From the NCBI RefSeq assembly GCF_018977255.1, contig NW_024704743.1:1922001-1986000 (forward strand): a stretch of 64,000 nt of DNA, read 5' to 3'. The notes below the pieces were generated by a model, which saw only the letters and a list, made by a program, of their open reading frames with translations, did no database searches and was not told the origin of the DNA. A program made the position numbers and the translations under genes. Shown in pieces: positions 1-11,479 of the stretch (positions are counted from its first letter, which is position 1; the number at the start of each line of letters is the position of its first letter). This DNA is from Callorhinchus milii. Taxonomy: Eukaryota.

Positions 1-217
1 TCCCAGCCGTGAATCCCAAATTTTCCCAGATTCTGCCGTGTCTCAGCGAAGGATCTCAGGCCGAAACACTGCGTCACTGTCAGCGAGAAGCTTGAGCTGC
101 TGGGCCTCTCTCTCTCTCTCTCTCTCTCTGTGACTGCTGAGCAACACGTCCCTCCGGTCTGTCCGTCCGTCACCTGACCTGTTATCCGCTAACACCTCCG
201 ACTGCACGCATTAAAAA

Positions 218-233
218 TCAGGTGAATTTATAC
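218..233 (-). CDS. PAXIP1: PAXIP1 last coding exon (exon 21): (S)YKFT-stop
   Basis: Minus strand reads TTCCTTAACgatctcAC|G TAT AAA TTC ACC TGA. It completes the phase-2 TC of exon 20 and matches the vertebrate PTIP C-terminus YESYKF(N/T). Confidence 0.9.
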
Positions 234-884
234 GTGAGATCGTTAAGGAAGCAGAACTCGCTTTCCACACCATTTCGTAAATTCAGAAATAAGTGCCACC
301 CCCGACAGGACTCAGGACATAAACATTTCCTGACGATGATCCACGCGCTCAATAATAACAACAATCCTGGCATTTGATACAGCGCCTCATCACGTCTTCG
401 AGACGTCTCAAAGAGCTTCACAGGATACACCGTAACGTGAATTGACTGTGTGGTTTGTGGGTGAAACGCGGCAGCCGATCTCGCACAGCAGCGTCTCCGC
501 AAACAGCCGTGGGATTCAGTGACCAAATTATTATTGTTTCCTTGANTTTTTTTTAAATAAGGGATTATCATCCCCCGGAAAAGTGATCCGCCAATCGACT
601 AACAACCGGATTCCCACTGACTGCTGGTAAACAGAGACGTGTGTGTGGAGTAAGGAAACTTGCCCAGGGTTTCGCCCTGACCCGGGAATCAAACCCGGGT
701 CTCCTCAGTTGCGAGGCGAGAGCTCAAACCCACCGAGCTACAGCTTAATAGTGGGAAGGTTTCTCAACCACATCTAAGACTATCTCTCCCCAATGTCCAC
801 CAACCTCCGCTTACCCTCCAAACCCTCCCCCAACCAACCCCAACCCCAAGCCCAAACGAAAGTCACAAAGCTGCGAAAGGATAT
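234..884 (-). other. U12-type AT-AC intron (PAXIP1 intron 20)
   Basis: 5' splice site ATATCCTTT (884-876), branch box TTCCTTAAC (250-242), terminal AC (235-234), no polypyrimidine tract. Confidence 0.93.
351..743 (-). mobile_element. Young tRNA-derived DeuSINE, near full length, inside the AT-AC intron
   Basis: tRNA-like head, central GCTGTTTGTGGG..GCTGTGCGCAATTGGCTGCC-like domain, L2-like tail ending in (ATT)n; dozens of related copies in the window. Confidence 0.85.
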
Positions 885-945
885 GATTCGTAATCCAGTG
901 TCTGTGTAAGCACTCCCGTCAACACAAACTCAGCATTGTGGACGT
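885..945 (-). CDS. PAXIP1: PAXIP1 exon 20: (D)[19 protein letters not shown](S), BRCT6
   Basis: CAG acceptor at 948-946; 61 nt; peptide essentially identical to the human PTIP C-terminal BRCT. Confidence 0.95.
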
Positions 946-981
946 CTGAGAACGTGAAAGAGAGGAGAATTAAGTCAAAAG

Positions 982-1116
982 GCAAAACACTCCAGATGCC
1001 GGAAATCTGGTATAAACACAGAAGTGGCCGGGAACAGGCAGCAGGTCAGGCAGCACCCGCGGAGAGAGAGGAAAAAGGGGTTAAGGTTTCAGGTCGACGA
1101 CCTTTCGAGGGAACTG
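982..1116 (-). mobile_element. Penelope-like element terminal-repeat relic
   Basis: GAAAGGTCGTCGACCTGAAAC..TAAC..GCTGCCTGACCTGCTG..TTCC..CATCTG..GTTTTGC; homologous to copies near 24.3, 57.7 and 61.0 kb. Confidence 0.6.
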
Positions 1117-1570
1117 ACGAAATAAAGCCAACTTCACTCTACCCCAGGCGCCAGAATTTTACATTGACACGACGTCAGGAGCGCGTCCCTCAAGGGGTTG
1201 AAGGTGGGCGAGGGGGGCGTCCGAGGAAGGGGCGGGGGGGGGAAAAGGGGATCAGGGAAGCAAGGTGACTCTTTCGTTCACGATGGGGCCCGAATGGCCT
1301 CCTTCTGTACTGGGTGATTCTATGTTTCTAAAGATTCACCGCCCCCCCCTCCACCCCACAATCTGGAACTCTATCCCGCAATCCCTCCGGCTTACCCCCT
1401 CTCTCCCGCCTCCTTCAAGTCCTTAAATGTGGGAGATGGAAGGGTTTGAGACGAGACCACAATTCGAAACCAATCCTCACTCAAGACTGTGATTAAAACT
1501 CCACACGGGTCCCAGACAAGACACACACAGACACACAGACACACCCAGTCACACACACACACACACTTAC

Positions 1571-1646
1571 CTATATTTCGGGCGAAGTAGTCTCGGCACA
1601 GGTGGAGATCATTTTCGCACGAGATCAGAATAATTTCGGGCAAACT
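1571..1646 (-). CDS. PAXIP1: PAXIP1 exon 19: [25 protein letters not shown]
   Basis: TAG acceptor, GTAAG donor, 76 nt; seen in ORF 1392..1643. Confidence 0.95.
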
Positions 1647-2082
1647 CTAATATGGAAAGAGGAAAGGGCGGATGAATCAGGTGACAGGGAGGGGTTGGGG
1701 GAGGGGGTGGGGAGCACACGCAGATTTACTGACACACAACGGGGACACTGCCTTACGGGAGAACGTGCCAGCGTTTAATTCAATGATTACGTTTGCTCTG
1801 AGACGAGGGAATGTTTGTGGGGAACGCTGCTGTGCGCAATTGGCTGCCACTAAATATTTATAGTCAATTCACTTGACAGTATATTTTGTGAAGCACTTTG
1901 AGACGTGATAAGGTGCTACATCAAACACAAGGATTATTATTAATCTAAACACTCCAATAAGTGTTTAGCAACCCATCTAACTGGTTAAAGTGGCCAATTC
2001 TGGTGTGTAAATGTTTAGCTCCTTTCTCCCCCCACCACCCATAACATTTTCCAAATTAGTTTTCAACCTTGTTCGGACCAAC

Positions 2083-2217
2083 CTTGTTCTGTTTATGCTC
2101 CATGAATTTGCGATATGACGGCTGCTTTGTCAGCACTTTGCCTGCTGCGCACTCGATAACGGATTTCATCGTTGAAAGACTAGGACAGATTCCAGGAGTG
2201 ATGTAGAAATACTTCCC
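2083..2217 (-). CDS. PAXIP1: PAXIP1 exon 18: [45 protein letters not shown]
   Basis: Manual translation; TAG acceptor, GTTGGT donor, 135 nt. Confidence 0.95.
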
Positions 2218-2835
2218 CTATAGAAAATGGGGGATGGTGGTGGGGGTGGAGGGGGAAAAGGAAAGGGTGAAAATGGTTAGAATCCTTAACAATAAACCCA
2301 TCTCGGTATAGTTAAAAAGACATCCCGCAGGTGAGATGCGCTTTGAGATGTCTCGACAACGTGATAAGGCCTTAATTCGAATGCATTAACTCTATTATTA
2401 GAGTGATGCTCACGTAGGTCGTATCAGTTAGGATCACACATTGAATACTGACTGATTTAAGTACAATTTACTTGTAAGTAATAGGAATTTCAACGGGGCT
2501 TGGAAAACCGCCAATCGACTTAACAACCGGGTTCCTGCTGACTGCTGGTAACCAGAGGCAGGCGCAAGCGTGCGTGCGTCCATGCGTGTGTGTGGGCTAA
2601 CTTGCCCAACGTTTCGCCCTGATCTGCCCGGGGATTAAACCAGGACTCTCGCTCTGAGCTCCAGCACTCTTCGGTTAAGCTTATGCACGTGTCAGACATC
2701 CAAACAGACCGTAAGTAAAAGTGCGAATGGAAATCTAGACCCGAGAGACCTGGCAGACCAGAATACCCATTCTGTCCAGCGCTCTATAATTCCTCAGTGC
2801 TCAAAGGCTCTCCATTGAACAGATGTGAAGTTTAC

Positions 2836-2936
2836 CTTAAACAAGGGGCCCTCCTGTGCCCGTTTCAGAGACTCCTCCAAGCTGAAACAGAAGAGCACCT
2901 CTGCCTCTGCGTCTCTCAACGTGAAGTTTTCCTCCT
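2836..2936 (-). CDS. PAXIP1: PAXIP1 exon 17: (E)[33 protein letters not shown]
   Basis: Manual translation; AAG acceptor after a T-rich tract, GTAAAC donor, 101 nt, phase 1 to 0. Confidence 0.93.
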
Positions 2937-3810
2937 CTTAAGGACAACAAAAAAAAAATCTTACGTCAGAAAGATACCACACCCGAATTTAGAAGTGTGC
3001 GTTCCTAAAACACCTTTAATCACCTCATCATTAAGTCAGGTCGGGAAACAAATGCAAGACTGCACCGAGAGAAAAAGCAAAACACAATTTCTGTGGAGGG
3101 CCTTGAAGGCGAGGACGAGGATGTTTGCACAGAAAGTAGATGGTCATGAGATACAGCAGTAAAACCTGCGAAGTGCTGTCATCTCATTGACACGATAAAG
3201 TGCTGTATGAATTGTAACGATTATTATTATGAATAATAACAGTAATAACAACATTCCAGGCTTTAGTTTAATAACAGAAATTCCTCGAAACACACGAATA
3301 ATACAATAAAATAAAATTGCTCACAACAACAAATTGTGTTTACAGAGCATCTTATATGAGTATAATAAAAATCTTTGGATTTGATACAGCGCCTCATCAC
3401 ATCTTCAAGACGTCTCAAAGCGTTTCATAGAATATACAGTCAATTCACTTTATTATATGTAAGGATTATTATTATTGATATGATTATCATACTGTAAAGT
3501 GGATTGACCGTGTATTTCGTGGGCAATTTTTTGCGTGTGTGTTAGTACTGAAATGGCTTTAAACTTAATAATAATAATCCTCGCCTTATCACGTCTACGA
3601 GACGTCTCAAAGTGCTTCACAGGATACACTGTAAAGTGAATTGACTTGTGTGTGTTGTAAGCGAAATGCGGCAGCCGATTGTGCACAGCAGCGTCCCCAC
3701 AGCTGATCGTTTTCCGTTGGCCAAAATCCCGACGATTTCATGGGGGAGGTAACAAGTTCACAGGAGTTACCGAAACAAAGCGAAAGCCCTTTCACGCTGA
3801 CAAAACTCAC

Positions 3811-3979
3811 CGATAAATTTTTGGATCTTGAAGCTCTCCTCCAGCCACTCGGGCAGCACGATGTGCTTGACCACGGAAATGGCCGTCAGGAACTTCACGG
3901 TCCGGGTCACCTTGTTGGCGACCAAGTGTGTGCACTTCTGGGCAGATTCGGCGACTTCGCCGCCGAGAATGTAAAGTTT
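3811..3979 (-). CDS. PAXIP1: PAXIP1 exon 16: [56 protein letters not shown] (BRCT5)
   Basis: ORF 3767..4045; CAG acceptor, GTGAGT donor, 169 nt. Confidence 0.96.
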
Positions 3980-4164
3980 CTGAGAAAAAAAATTGCGGGG
4001 GAACAGAGTGAGAGAGAGAGAGACCAGAGACCACCACAACGACAAGGTACAAATTCATTGAGCTGGGGGGGAGTGGGGGGGAAGCGTGGGCGGGAGGGGA
4101 GGTAGCGAGGAGGGGGAAAGGTGACAGAAAGCTTGATGGAAGAGGTATGTAGATAACAACACAC

Positions 4165-4450
4165 TCACACGGCGCCTTGTAGGCCCGGAGGACGTCCCAA
4201 GGCGTTGGACCGTGAGGGATCCGCACCTGAACTGGGCGTTGGAGGGTGACTGAAGGCACAGTCGAAGAGGAGGTTCTTGAGATGGATCTTGAAGGAGGCG
4301 AGGGAGGGAGAGGGCGAGGCGGAGGGGAGGGGAGGGAGGGAGAGCATCGGAAGGCCTTCGGAGTTCCACAGAGCAGAGGAACAAATGCTGAAAGCTGACG
4401 GAGAGGATGGGCGGGGGGGCAAGGCAGCCGGGCCAGGGGGGTTTGAGGAG
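4165..4450 (-). mobile_element. LINE2 3' end fragment
   Basis: ALWNS...LASFKIHLKNLLFDCAF (ORF 4165..4458) is a typical L2 ORF2 C-terminus, followed by a tail similar to the SINE tail. Confidence 0.7.
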
Positions 4451-4762
4451 ATGGACACGAAAATAGAACTTTTTTTTTTAAAAAAAAAAAAGTTGCCAAT
4501 TTGCCGAGCAAGGGAGAAGAGAAGGTGGACTTAAGTTGGCGTCGTTGAGGAAGTAGGATATTTTAGGCAGGGTTTAGACTGATGAGGTGGGTGGGGTTGT
4601 GTGGTGGTGGTGGTGGGGGGCTGGGGTGGAGGGGAAAGGAGAGAGATGAAGGGTGGGAGTGAGTACCAGAGGTTAGAGGGTACAGTTGCTAAAGGGTCAG
4701 GCATCGACAGTCAGCGGGAGGGGGAATTGTGAAGCAGTTTCCACACGTGAAAGAAACATCAC

Positions 4763-4865
4763 CTTTATATACTGCTGGACATGTGCTGGCTCGAACCCAG
4801 TGAACAGCACCACAGGAGTAGAGTCTGCTGGCAGCTTCTTTGATGGAGGGGGCAAGTCCTCGAGT
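4763..4865 (-). CDS. PAXIP1: PAXIP1 exon 15: (R)[34 protein letters not shown]
   Basis: ORF 4697..4885; CAG acceptor, GTGATG donor, 103 nt. Confidence 0.95.
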
Positions 4866-5466
4866 CTGGTTGAGACCAAACACACTCACCGTCAGACAAG
4901 GCGACCGTTTCATAGCGACGCCCACAAACTCATTCCGCCACGCTACTCATTTTAATAATAATAATAAATTAATCCTTGCAATTGATATACAGCGCCTTAT
5001 CACGTCTGCGAGACGTCTCCAAGCGCTTCACAGAATATAATGTAAAGTGAATCGACTGTATATATGTGTATATTTTGTGGGCGAAACGCGGCAGCCAATT
5101 GCGCACGGCACCGTCCTACGAACAGTCGTGGATTGAAGTGACCAAATTTATTAATAATATTTATTTTTGAAGGAATTATTACCCCCCGGAAAAGCGACCC
5201 GCAAATCGACTAACAACCGGGTTCCTACTTACTCCTGGGTAAACAGAGGTGTGTGTGTGTGGGTGTGTGGAGTAAGGAAACTTGCCTACTGTTTTATCCT
5301 GCCCGTATGGATACCGTATGGTATGGATACACTTGAACACAGTAATATTTCTCAATATATATCTGATACTCGGGTGACCCAACAAAAACAACACACCTTG
5401 CCCTCCAGGGCTTAAAAAGAAACATTGGTGAGTCACACTTAACAGCTCTCAAGCACATGTGCCTAC

Positions 5467-5534
5467 CTCAGCCTTTTCACAGGTGGCTCAAGATTACATT
5501 CGTTTGGTTTCTGTTTAGACTGTAGACGAACACT
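5467..5534 (-). CDS. PAXIP1: PAXIP1 exon 14: SVRLQSKQKPNECNLEPPVKRL(R)
   Basis: Manual translation; CAG acceptor, GTAGGC donor, 68 nt; phases fit exons 13 and 15; similar to human SIRLPPKLKQNE...KRAR. Confidence 0.88.
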
Positions 5535-5654
5535 CTGTAACACAAAGGGATAAAACTGCCTGAGACCGAATGCTTCAGGTGTGTGCATTTTTAAAAAAAA
5601 AAACGGGCATTTTAAACCAGCAACAATTTACATTCTTAGCAACTTTCACTCAAG

Positions 5655-6047
5655 TAATAGTAATTAATAATCCTGGGATTTGACACAGCGCCTTATCACG
5701 TCTTCGAGACGTCTCAAAGCGCTTCACAGGATACGCTGTTAAGTGAATTGACTGTATATTTTGTGGGCAAAATGCAGCAGCCAATTGCGCACAGCAGCGT
5801 CCCCCACAAACAGCCGTGGGTTGAGTGACCAAATTATTATTATTTATTTTTAAAAAAATTATTCTGAAGGGATTACTACCCTTGGAAAAGTGATCCGCTA
5901 ATCGACTAACAGCCTACTTATTGCCAGTAAACAGAAGCGTGCGTGTGGAGTAAGGAAACTTGCCCAAGGTTTCGCCCTGCCCGAGACTAGAACCCAGGTC
6001 TTCTCGCTTGCGAGGCGAGTGCTCTAACCGCTGAGCTACATGACTCC
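5655..6047 (-). mobile_element. Young DeuSINE, full length
   Basis: Head GGAGTCATGTAGCTCAGCGGTTAGAGCACTCGCCTCGCAAGCGAG..GGTTCTAG through to the tail. Confidence 0.88.
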
Positions 6048-6178
6048 ACATTCAATAAAAGAAAACGACATTCCCTTCCTTTAATCCCATCAAGGTAAAG
6101 GGAAACGTTTGACAAAAACTGTGAAATGTCCCAGGTTATAAACCGCAGCGCAAGTGAAGACGACAGACGCTCACGTAC

Positions 6179-6222
6179 CATCAAGAGCTCCGGCGAGATC
6201 TTCAGCGGCACACGCCAAGCGG
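6179..6222 (-). CDS. PAXIP1: PAXIP1 exon 13: (A)AWRVPLKISPELLM
   Basis: CAG acceptor, GTACGT donor, 44 nt. Confidence 0.92.
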
Positions 6223-6325
6223 CTGAAAAGGAATCAATCGAAAGTCAGGCAGGCAGCAGTCAGTCAGTCGAGGGCAATAATATCACGAGGGGAGATCAAC
6301 AAACATTGCTACACTGGCCCGAAAC

Positions 6326-6592
6326 TTAAAATTAGAGCTAAGCCGTTTAGGAATGAAATCAGGAGGCAGTTTTGTCACCCAAAGGGTAGTGGAAATCTGG
6401 AACTCTCTCCCCCAAAAGGCCGTGGATTATGGTGGACCCATTCACATCTTCCAAACTGAGGCAGGTCAGGGTATTAAGGGATACCGGGCAAGGGAGGGTA
6501 ATTGGAGTTGAGGTACAGATCAGCCATGATCTTATAGAATGGCAGAACAGGCTCAAGGGGCTGAATGGCCTATCCCTGTTCCTATGTTTCTG
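6326..6592 (+). mobile_element. CR1 LINE 3' end
   Basis: [20 protein letters not shown]-like coding remnant plus 3' UTR GATCAGCCATGATC...GGGGCTGAATGGCCT..CCTGTTCCTATG. Confidence 0.75.
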
Positions 6593-6639
6593 TGATCGCA
6601 GGCTGGTAAACAGGAGAAACTACCTTGTCCTTTTGAACA

Positions 6640-6762
6640 ATGTCAGGGGATCTTTAACGTTCGCCTGAGGAGGCAGACGGGGGTCTCGGTTGAACGTCTT
6701 GAACCCACAATCTTCTGACTCGAAGGAGGCTAAAGCACTACCAACCGAGCCTGGCCGACACG
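6640..6762 (-). mobile_element. Old DeuSINE (SacSINE1-like) 5' relic
   Basis: GTGTCGGCCAGGCTCGGTTGGTAGTGCT...GAGTCAGAAGATTGTGGGTTCAAG...AACCGAGACCCCCGTCTGCC...AAAGATCC. Confidence 0.6.
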
Positions 6763-6938
6763 TTCATTAAACAAGCAGCTCCGGATTCCGTGATTCACAT
6801 AACAAAATAACAACAACAATCCTCGCAATTGACGCAGCGCCTTATCACGTCTTCCAGACGTCTCAAAGCGCTTCACTGTAAAAGCGTGGTGACTGTGTGT
6901 TTTTTTTTGTCGGCGAAAACGCTTGGGGAAGCTCGTAC

Positions 6939-7123
6939 CTAGAAGGTTTGCCACCAGCTGGGGGTTGGGAGCCAGGGGGTCCTGAAGGTTAAACATGCTG
7001 TAGCGGCTGTTCTGGATCTGCCGGAGGGCCTCAAAGTTGCCGAGAAGAATGTCACAGAGCCACTGGCCATTGAGGCATGGGATCCGCCACTCTTTGGCTT
7101 TCTCGTACTTCAGTCCACACGGT
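6939..7123 (-). CDS. PAXIP1: PAXIP1 exon 12: (E)[61 protein letters not shown]
   Basis: Manual translation; CAG acceptor, GTACGA donor, 185 nt. Confidence 0.95.
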
Positions 7124-7280
7124 CTGTTCTCGAGACAAAGGAGAAGGGAAGCGTGAGGAGGTCACAGCAGAATCTACACAATCTGTCGGCTTCCCTCTCC
7201 CCTCGACACAAAACAAAACCTCCAGCCCACCCGGCCCCCCCAAAAAAAACCTCGAGCCTTTGGGAGAATTGAGAACTTAC

Positions 7281-7402
7281 TCCTTGCAGATGAGGACGGT
7301 GTTGCTTCGGCAGAGGTAGCCCGTGTATTTTGCTCCGGCCAAAAAGCCCATCAGCTTCAGGTCGTCCCGATCGCTGTCCACAAAACCGGTGACAGAAATC
7401 AT
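7281..7402 (-). CDS. PAXIP1: PAXIP1 exon 11: [40 protein letters not shown](E) (BRCT4)
   Basis: ORF 7277..7495; CAG acceptor, GTAAG donor, 122 nt. Confidence 0.96.
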
Positions 7403-7584
7403 CTGCGAAGCAGCGAAAGAAAAGTAGAGAGACTCGGAATCTGTTTCACCCGGACAACTTGTGTTTATATGGCGCTGGGTGGCGTCTTGGGACACCGTTT
7501 AATAGTGATAATAATCCCTGTAGCTTATAAACCGTGTTGCACATGGGACACTGTCTCAAAAGGCTTCACAGAATATAATGATTT

Positions 7585-7967
7585 ATAATAATAATCCTTG
7601 CATTTGATACGGTGCCTTATCACCTCTTCGAGACGTCGCAAAGCGCTTCACAAAATGTACTATGAAGTGAATTAACTGTATATTTTTGTGAGCGAAACGC
7701 AGCAGCCGACTGCGCACAGCAGCGTCCCCACAAACAGTCGTGGATCTGTGACCAATTTATAATTATCATTTTTTTTTGAAGGAATTATTACCCCCGGAAA
7801 AACGACCCGCCGATCGACTAACAACTGGATTCCTACTGACGGCTGGTAATCAGAGGCGTGTGTGTGGAGTAAGGAAACTTGGCCAACATTTCGCTCTGAC
7901 CTGGAATCGATCCCAGGTCCTCTCGCTTGCGAGGCGAGCGCTCTTAACCACTGAGCTACAGGACTCC
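7585..7967 (-). mobile_element. Young DeuSINE, full length
   Basis: Same head, body and tail as the other copies. Confidence 0.88.
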
Positions 7968-9416
7968 ACATATCTTGATTTAACCGCCTCGTCTGAAGGA
8001 TGGCATCAGTACACCACAGCATTGCATTGGAGTACCAGCCTAGACAGTGAGCTCAAAGTCCCAGCATGGGGTACAGTCTTCTGACTCAAATGCTATCAAC
8101 CAAGCCAGGCTGACACCAAACCCTTCTGCAAAGAACGTGGATTGGCACGGCTCTCTTCACATAAAAGAATGTCTCAAAGCAGCAAAGGAGGTTTAAAACG
8201 AGCCTCTTTTACTTAATGTACAGGTATCGAAGTCCGATGGAGGTAAGAGCATTTCACTCACCCAATTTACAGTTGCACCACTTCACAGTATATCCTGTGA
8301 AACGCTTTGAGACACAAGGCTACATCAAGTGCAAGGATTAATAACATGCAACAACAACAATAAATTACATTTCCACAGCGCTTTTCATGCCAGGAGGAAG
8401 TCCCAAGGCACTGGACAGACCCCCACCGGGCAATCTTTAAGGTAAAGGGGATGGAATAATCTGTGAGCGCTTGGCTAAGTGCAAGACGACAACAGCATTC
8501 TGAATGAAGAAAGCCATTTGATCTCATCATTGCAGATTACTAACCCTCCCTTGTTTTTTTGAATCTTTTATTGGGATCTTTAACGCCCACCTGAACAGGT
8601 ACATAGGAACCTGATCAAATGTACGAGATCAAATGGACTTTCTTCATCTCTCTGGATTTTGTGAAATTGGAAGCAATTTGTGAAATTGCATGAATTACAG
8701 TCCGTCTCTTTCAATTGACCCAATGACATGCACAAACCAGAGATCGTTAGCCAAATGAGCAGTGGCGTTCACCCGATTGAAAAGGTGAACAATGTTTGCA
8801 ACTATAATTGGATCGTTTTAACAACCCGAACCGAAACCGAACAATGGGCTGCCATTACAAGGCCTCGGAAGATTATCTGAGCTCACAGCTGCCCGGCAAG
8901 TAATCAAAAGTAATCATGCGCCTATTTAAAGATCAATTTCCTGCTACAAGTCCAGTTTACGCAAAGCACTCTCAGGACAACCTTGGGAGTTCATTATAGT
9001 TCTCGTGCAGTCACTGTTACAGCCGCATTCTGTTCGGGACCAGGAGCTGACGTGTTATTCTGACCAAACTCCGAAACTAACGGGGAGTGGAACACCGATT
9101 TGGAAACCCGAAGAACATTGAAGGGAAATAAATAATAATAATAATTCGGTCACTTCAATCCCCGACTGTTTGTGGAGACGCTGCTGTGCGCGATTGGCTG
9201 CCGCGTTTCGCCCACAAAATACACAGTCAATTCACTTTACAGTGTATCCTGTGAAGCGCTTTGTGATTCTATGCCATTTCGGAGGTAGTAGGTCAAAATC
9301 CAAACGTTAATACCGGTTAACCCTTTGGAGACCTATTACAACAACAAGAACAACAAATGAGATATGTAAAAGCGCCTTTCACGTCAGGAGGGCGTCCTAA
9401 AGCTCTGGTTACTCAC

Positions 9417-9554
9417 GTGCTGAGAGCAGGGTTTCCCACCAGGGGGGAAGGCGACCGGGAAGTGCAATCCTCTGTGTGGAGGAACCATCCTCTTCTTCTT
9501 CAGGACTGTGTTGAGCCAGTGGGCAGTGACACACCGTTTGCCTTCTCTCAAGGC
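9417..9554 (-). CDS. PAXIP1: PAXIP1 exon 10: [46 protein letters not shown]
   Basis: Manual translation; CAG acceptor, GTGAGT donor, 138 nt. Confidence 0.96.
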
Positions 9555-10424
9555 CTGTCGACAAATAACGCCACAACTTTGGAAAACTCATAAAAGGTTA
9601 GAGCGAGGCGCACGGTAAACTCATACCTTGTCACTCAATCCACCTGACTGTTTGTGGGGACGCCGCTGTGCGCAATTGGCTGCCGCGTTTCGCCCACAAA
9701 ATATCTAGTTAATTCACTTTACAGAATATCCCGTGAAGCGCTTTGAGACGTCTTGAAGATATGATAAGTCGCTGTACCAAATGCAAGGATTATTATTATC
9801 ATTAAAACCCAGTGAAATGATTGTGCATTTTGTAGGTGAACACAGCTGACAATTTATGCATAGGAGCTCACAAATAACCGTGAAGTGAATAACCCCATTT
9901 TTAATCGGGGAGGGGAAGGGGGAATTATTGGCCAGGACACTGCGAGAAACCCACTTCTAATGAGCAGTGCCATGGGATCTTTCATAACCACCTGAACAGG
10001 CAGACAGAGGCCTTGGTCTAAAGTCTTTCTTGAAAACAGCACCCGGCACTGTACCATTCCCCCTGGCACCGTTACCTCAACGCACACTCTGGGGTCCCCC
10101 CATTCCCCACCGCAAGCCTTGGATCTTGTCAACGCGCGCCTGATACTCTCCGGAATTAGGTAAGCGTCGTTCCAGCTAGAGAGTAGCATTCCATTCCCGA
10201 CATAGTAACATTTACAATGTGTAGGTGGCATAGATAATGTGAAACTCTCCATCTGACGTGGATAAGCATTGGCAATGGATTTCCACATGGATCAGACACC
10301 CGTTGACTAAAAAATACAGAGCTGGGAGCGGAGGGAGGGTGGAACAGAGGTGGAGAGAGGGAGAGAAAGAAGGAGGGAGGGAGAGAGGGAGGCAGAGAGA
10401 GGGGGAACTTGTTTTTCTGCTTAC

Positions 10425-10520
10425 CTGTGAATACATATTGCTGACCTGACTTTCACACAAGAGGTGCGTGCATCGACTTGTCAGTGTGGGGTCCACTATT
10501 CCCCCATGCGCTTGGATAAT
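10425..10520 (-). CDS. PAXIP1: PAXIP1 exon 9: [32 protein letters not shown] (BRCT3)
   Basis: ORF 10212..10568; CAG acceptor, GTAAG donor, 96 nt. Confidence 0.96.
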
Positions 10521-11384
10521 CTGTGCAAAAGCAAAGAAAACAAAGGTACTTTGAGAGAAAATATTCACGGGTCCGTGTTGCAGCAGTTACATTAAAAGGT
10601 TCTTACAGTCAGTTGGAACTGCCACTCTGGGCCTATTTTCAAAGTCGGGGAAAAGAAGCATGAAATAAAAACATGGTCGCCCTCGACCGCACATGTCATT
10701 TCCATGCCGAGAGACAGAGGGAAAGTGTGAGGGAGGGGGAGAGTGGGAGAAAGAGAGAGAGTGTTAGGGAGAGGAGAGGGATCGTGAGAGACGGAGACGG
10801 AGAGAGACAGAGGGGAGAAGGAGAGAGAGAGAGGAACGAGAGCAAGGGAGGAGAAGAAGAGAGAGAACGAGAGGGAGAGAGAGGGAGGGAGAGAGTGAGA
10901 CAGAGGGTGAAAGGGAGAGAGACAGAGACAAAAAAGAGAAAAGCGTTTCCGGCCAAATCCCCGGTGATCACTGAACACTCGGCCTTGCCTGCCTCGCCCC
11001 TCAGAGTCGCTCACCGTGAAACCAGCGTTAAAACGTCAAAGAGGCCAAAACGGTTTACAGCCCGAGTACCAGAAAAGAAAGGTTCTAAAATGGTCGAGGG
11101 ACGAACAAAACCCAGATGGCTTATTCAGTATTAAGTATTTCTCACTCACCCGCTCACTGATTCATTTATTTTCAAAGGAACTATATTGTCGGAAGCAATT
11201 TTAGGGCCAATTAGAAGTGCGGTCACCTCCCCCCTTCCCTCTTCCCCTCGGCTCACTGTCAGATAATAATAATAATAAAATAATAAAGCGCACAGGTTAA
11301 AAAATGCCTTTAATATCGGTTTGGTCACAGTCGGGCGACCTGACGTCACCTGTCCTGCCGTGTAAGGGAGAGTTATTAACTTAC

Positions 11385-11479
11385 CTTCTTCCAGGTGGCA
11401 AGGAGCTGCTTGTCGGGCATCTGCTCGGGGTAATCGGCTATTGCAAACACGCAGCCCAACAAGAAGGAATCCTCTGGGA
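11385..11479 (-). CDS. PAXIP1: PAXIP1 exon 8: (I)[31 protein letters not shown]
   Basis: Manual translation; CAG acceptor, GTAAG donor, 95 nt. Confidence 0.96.

Noticed and set aside
2937..2946. TCCTTAAG at the exon 17 acceptor suggesting a third U12 intron
   Set aside because: The motif overlaps the AG itself, the donor is the U2-type GTGAGT, and a normal T-rich tract is present.
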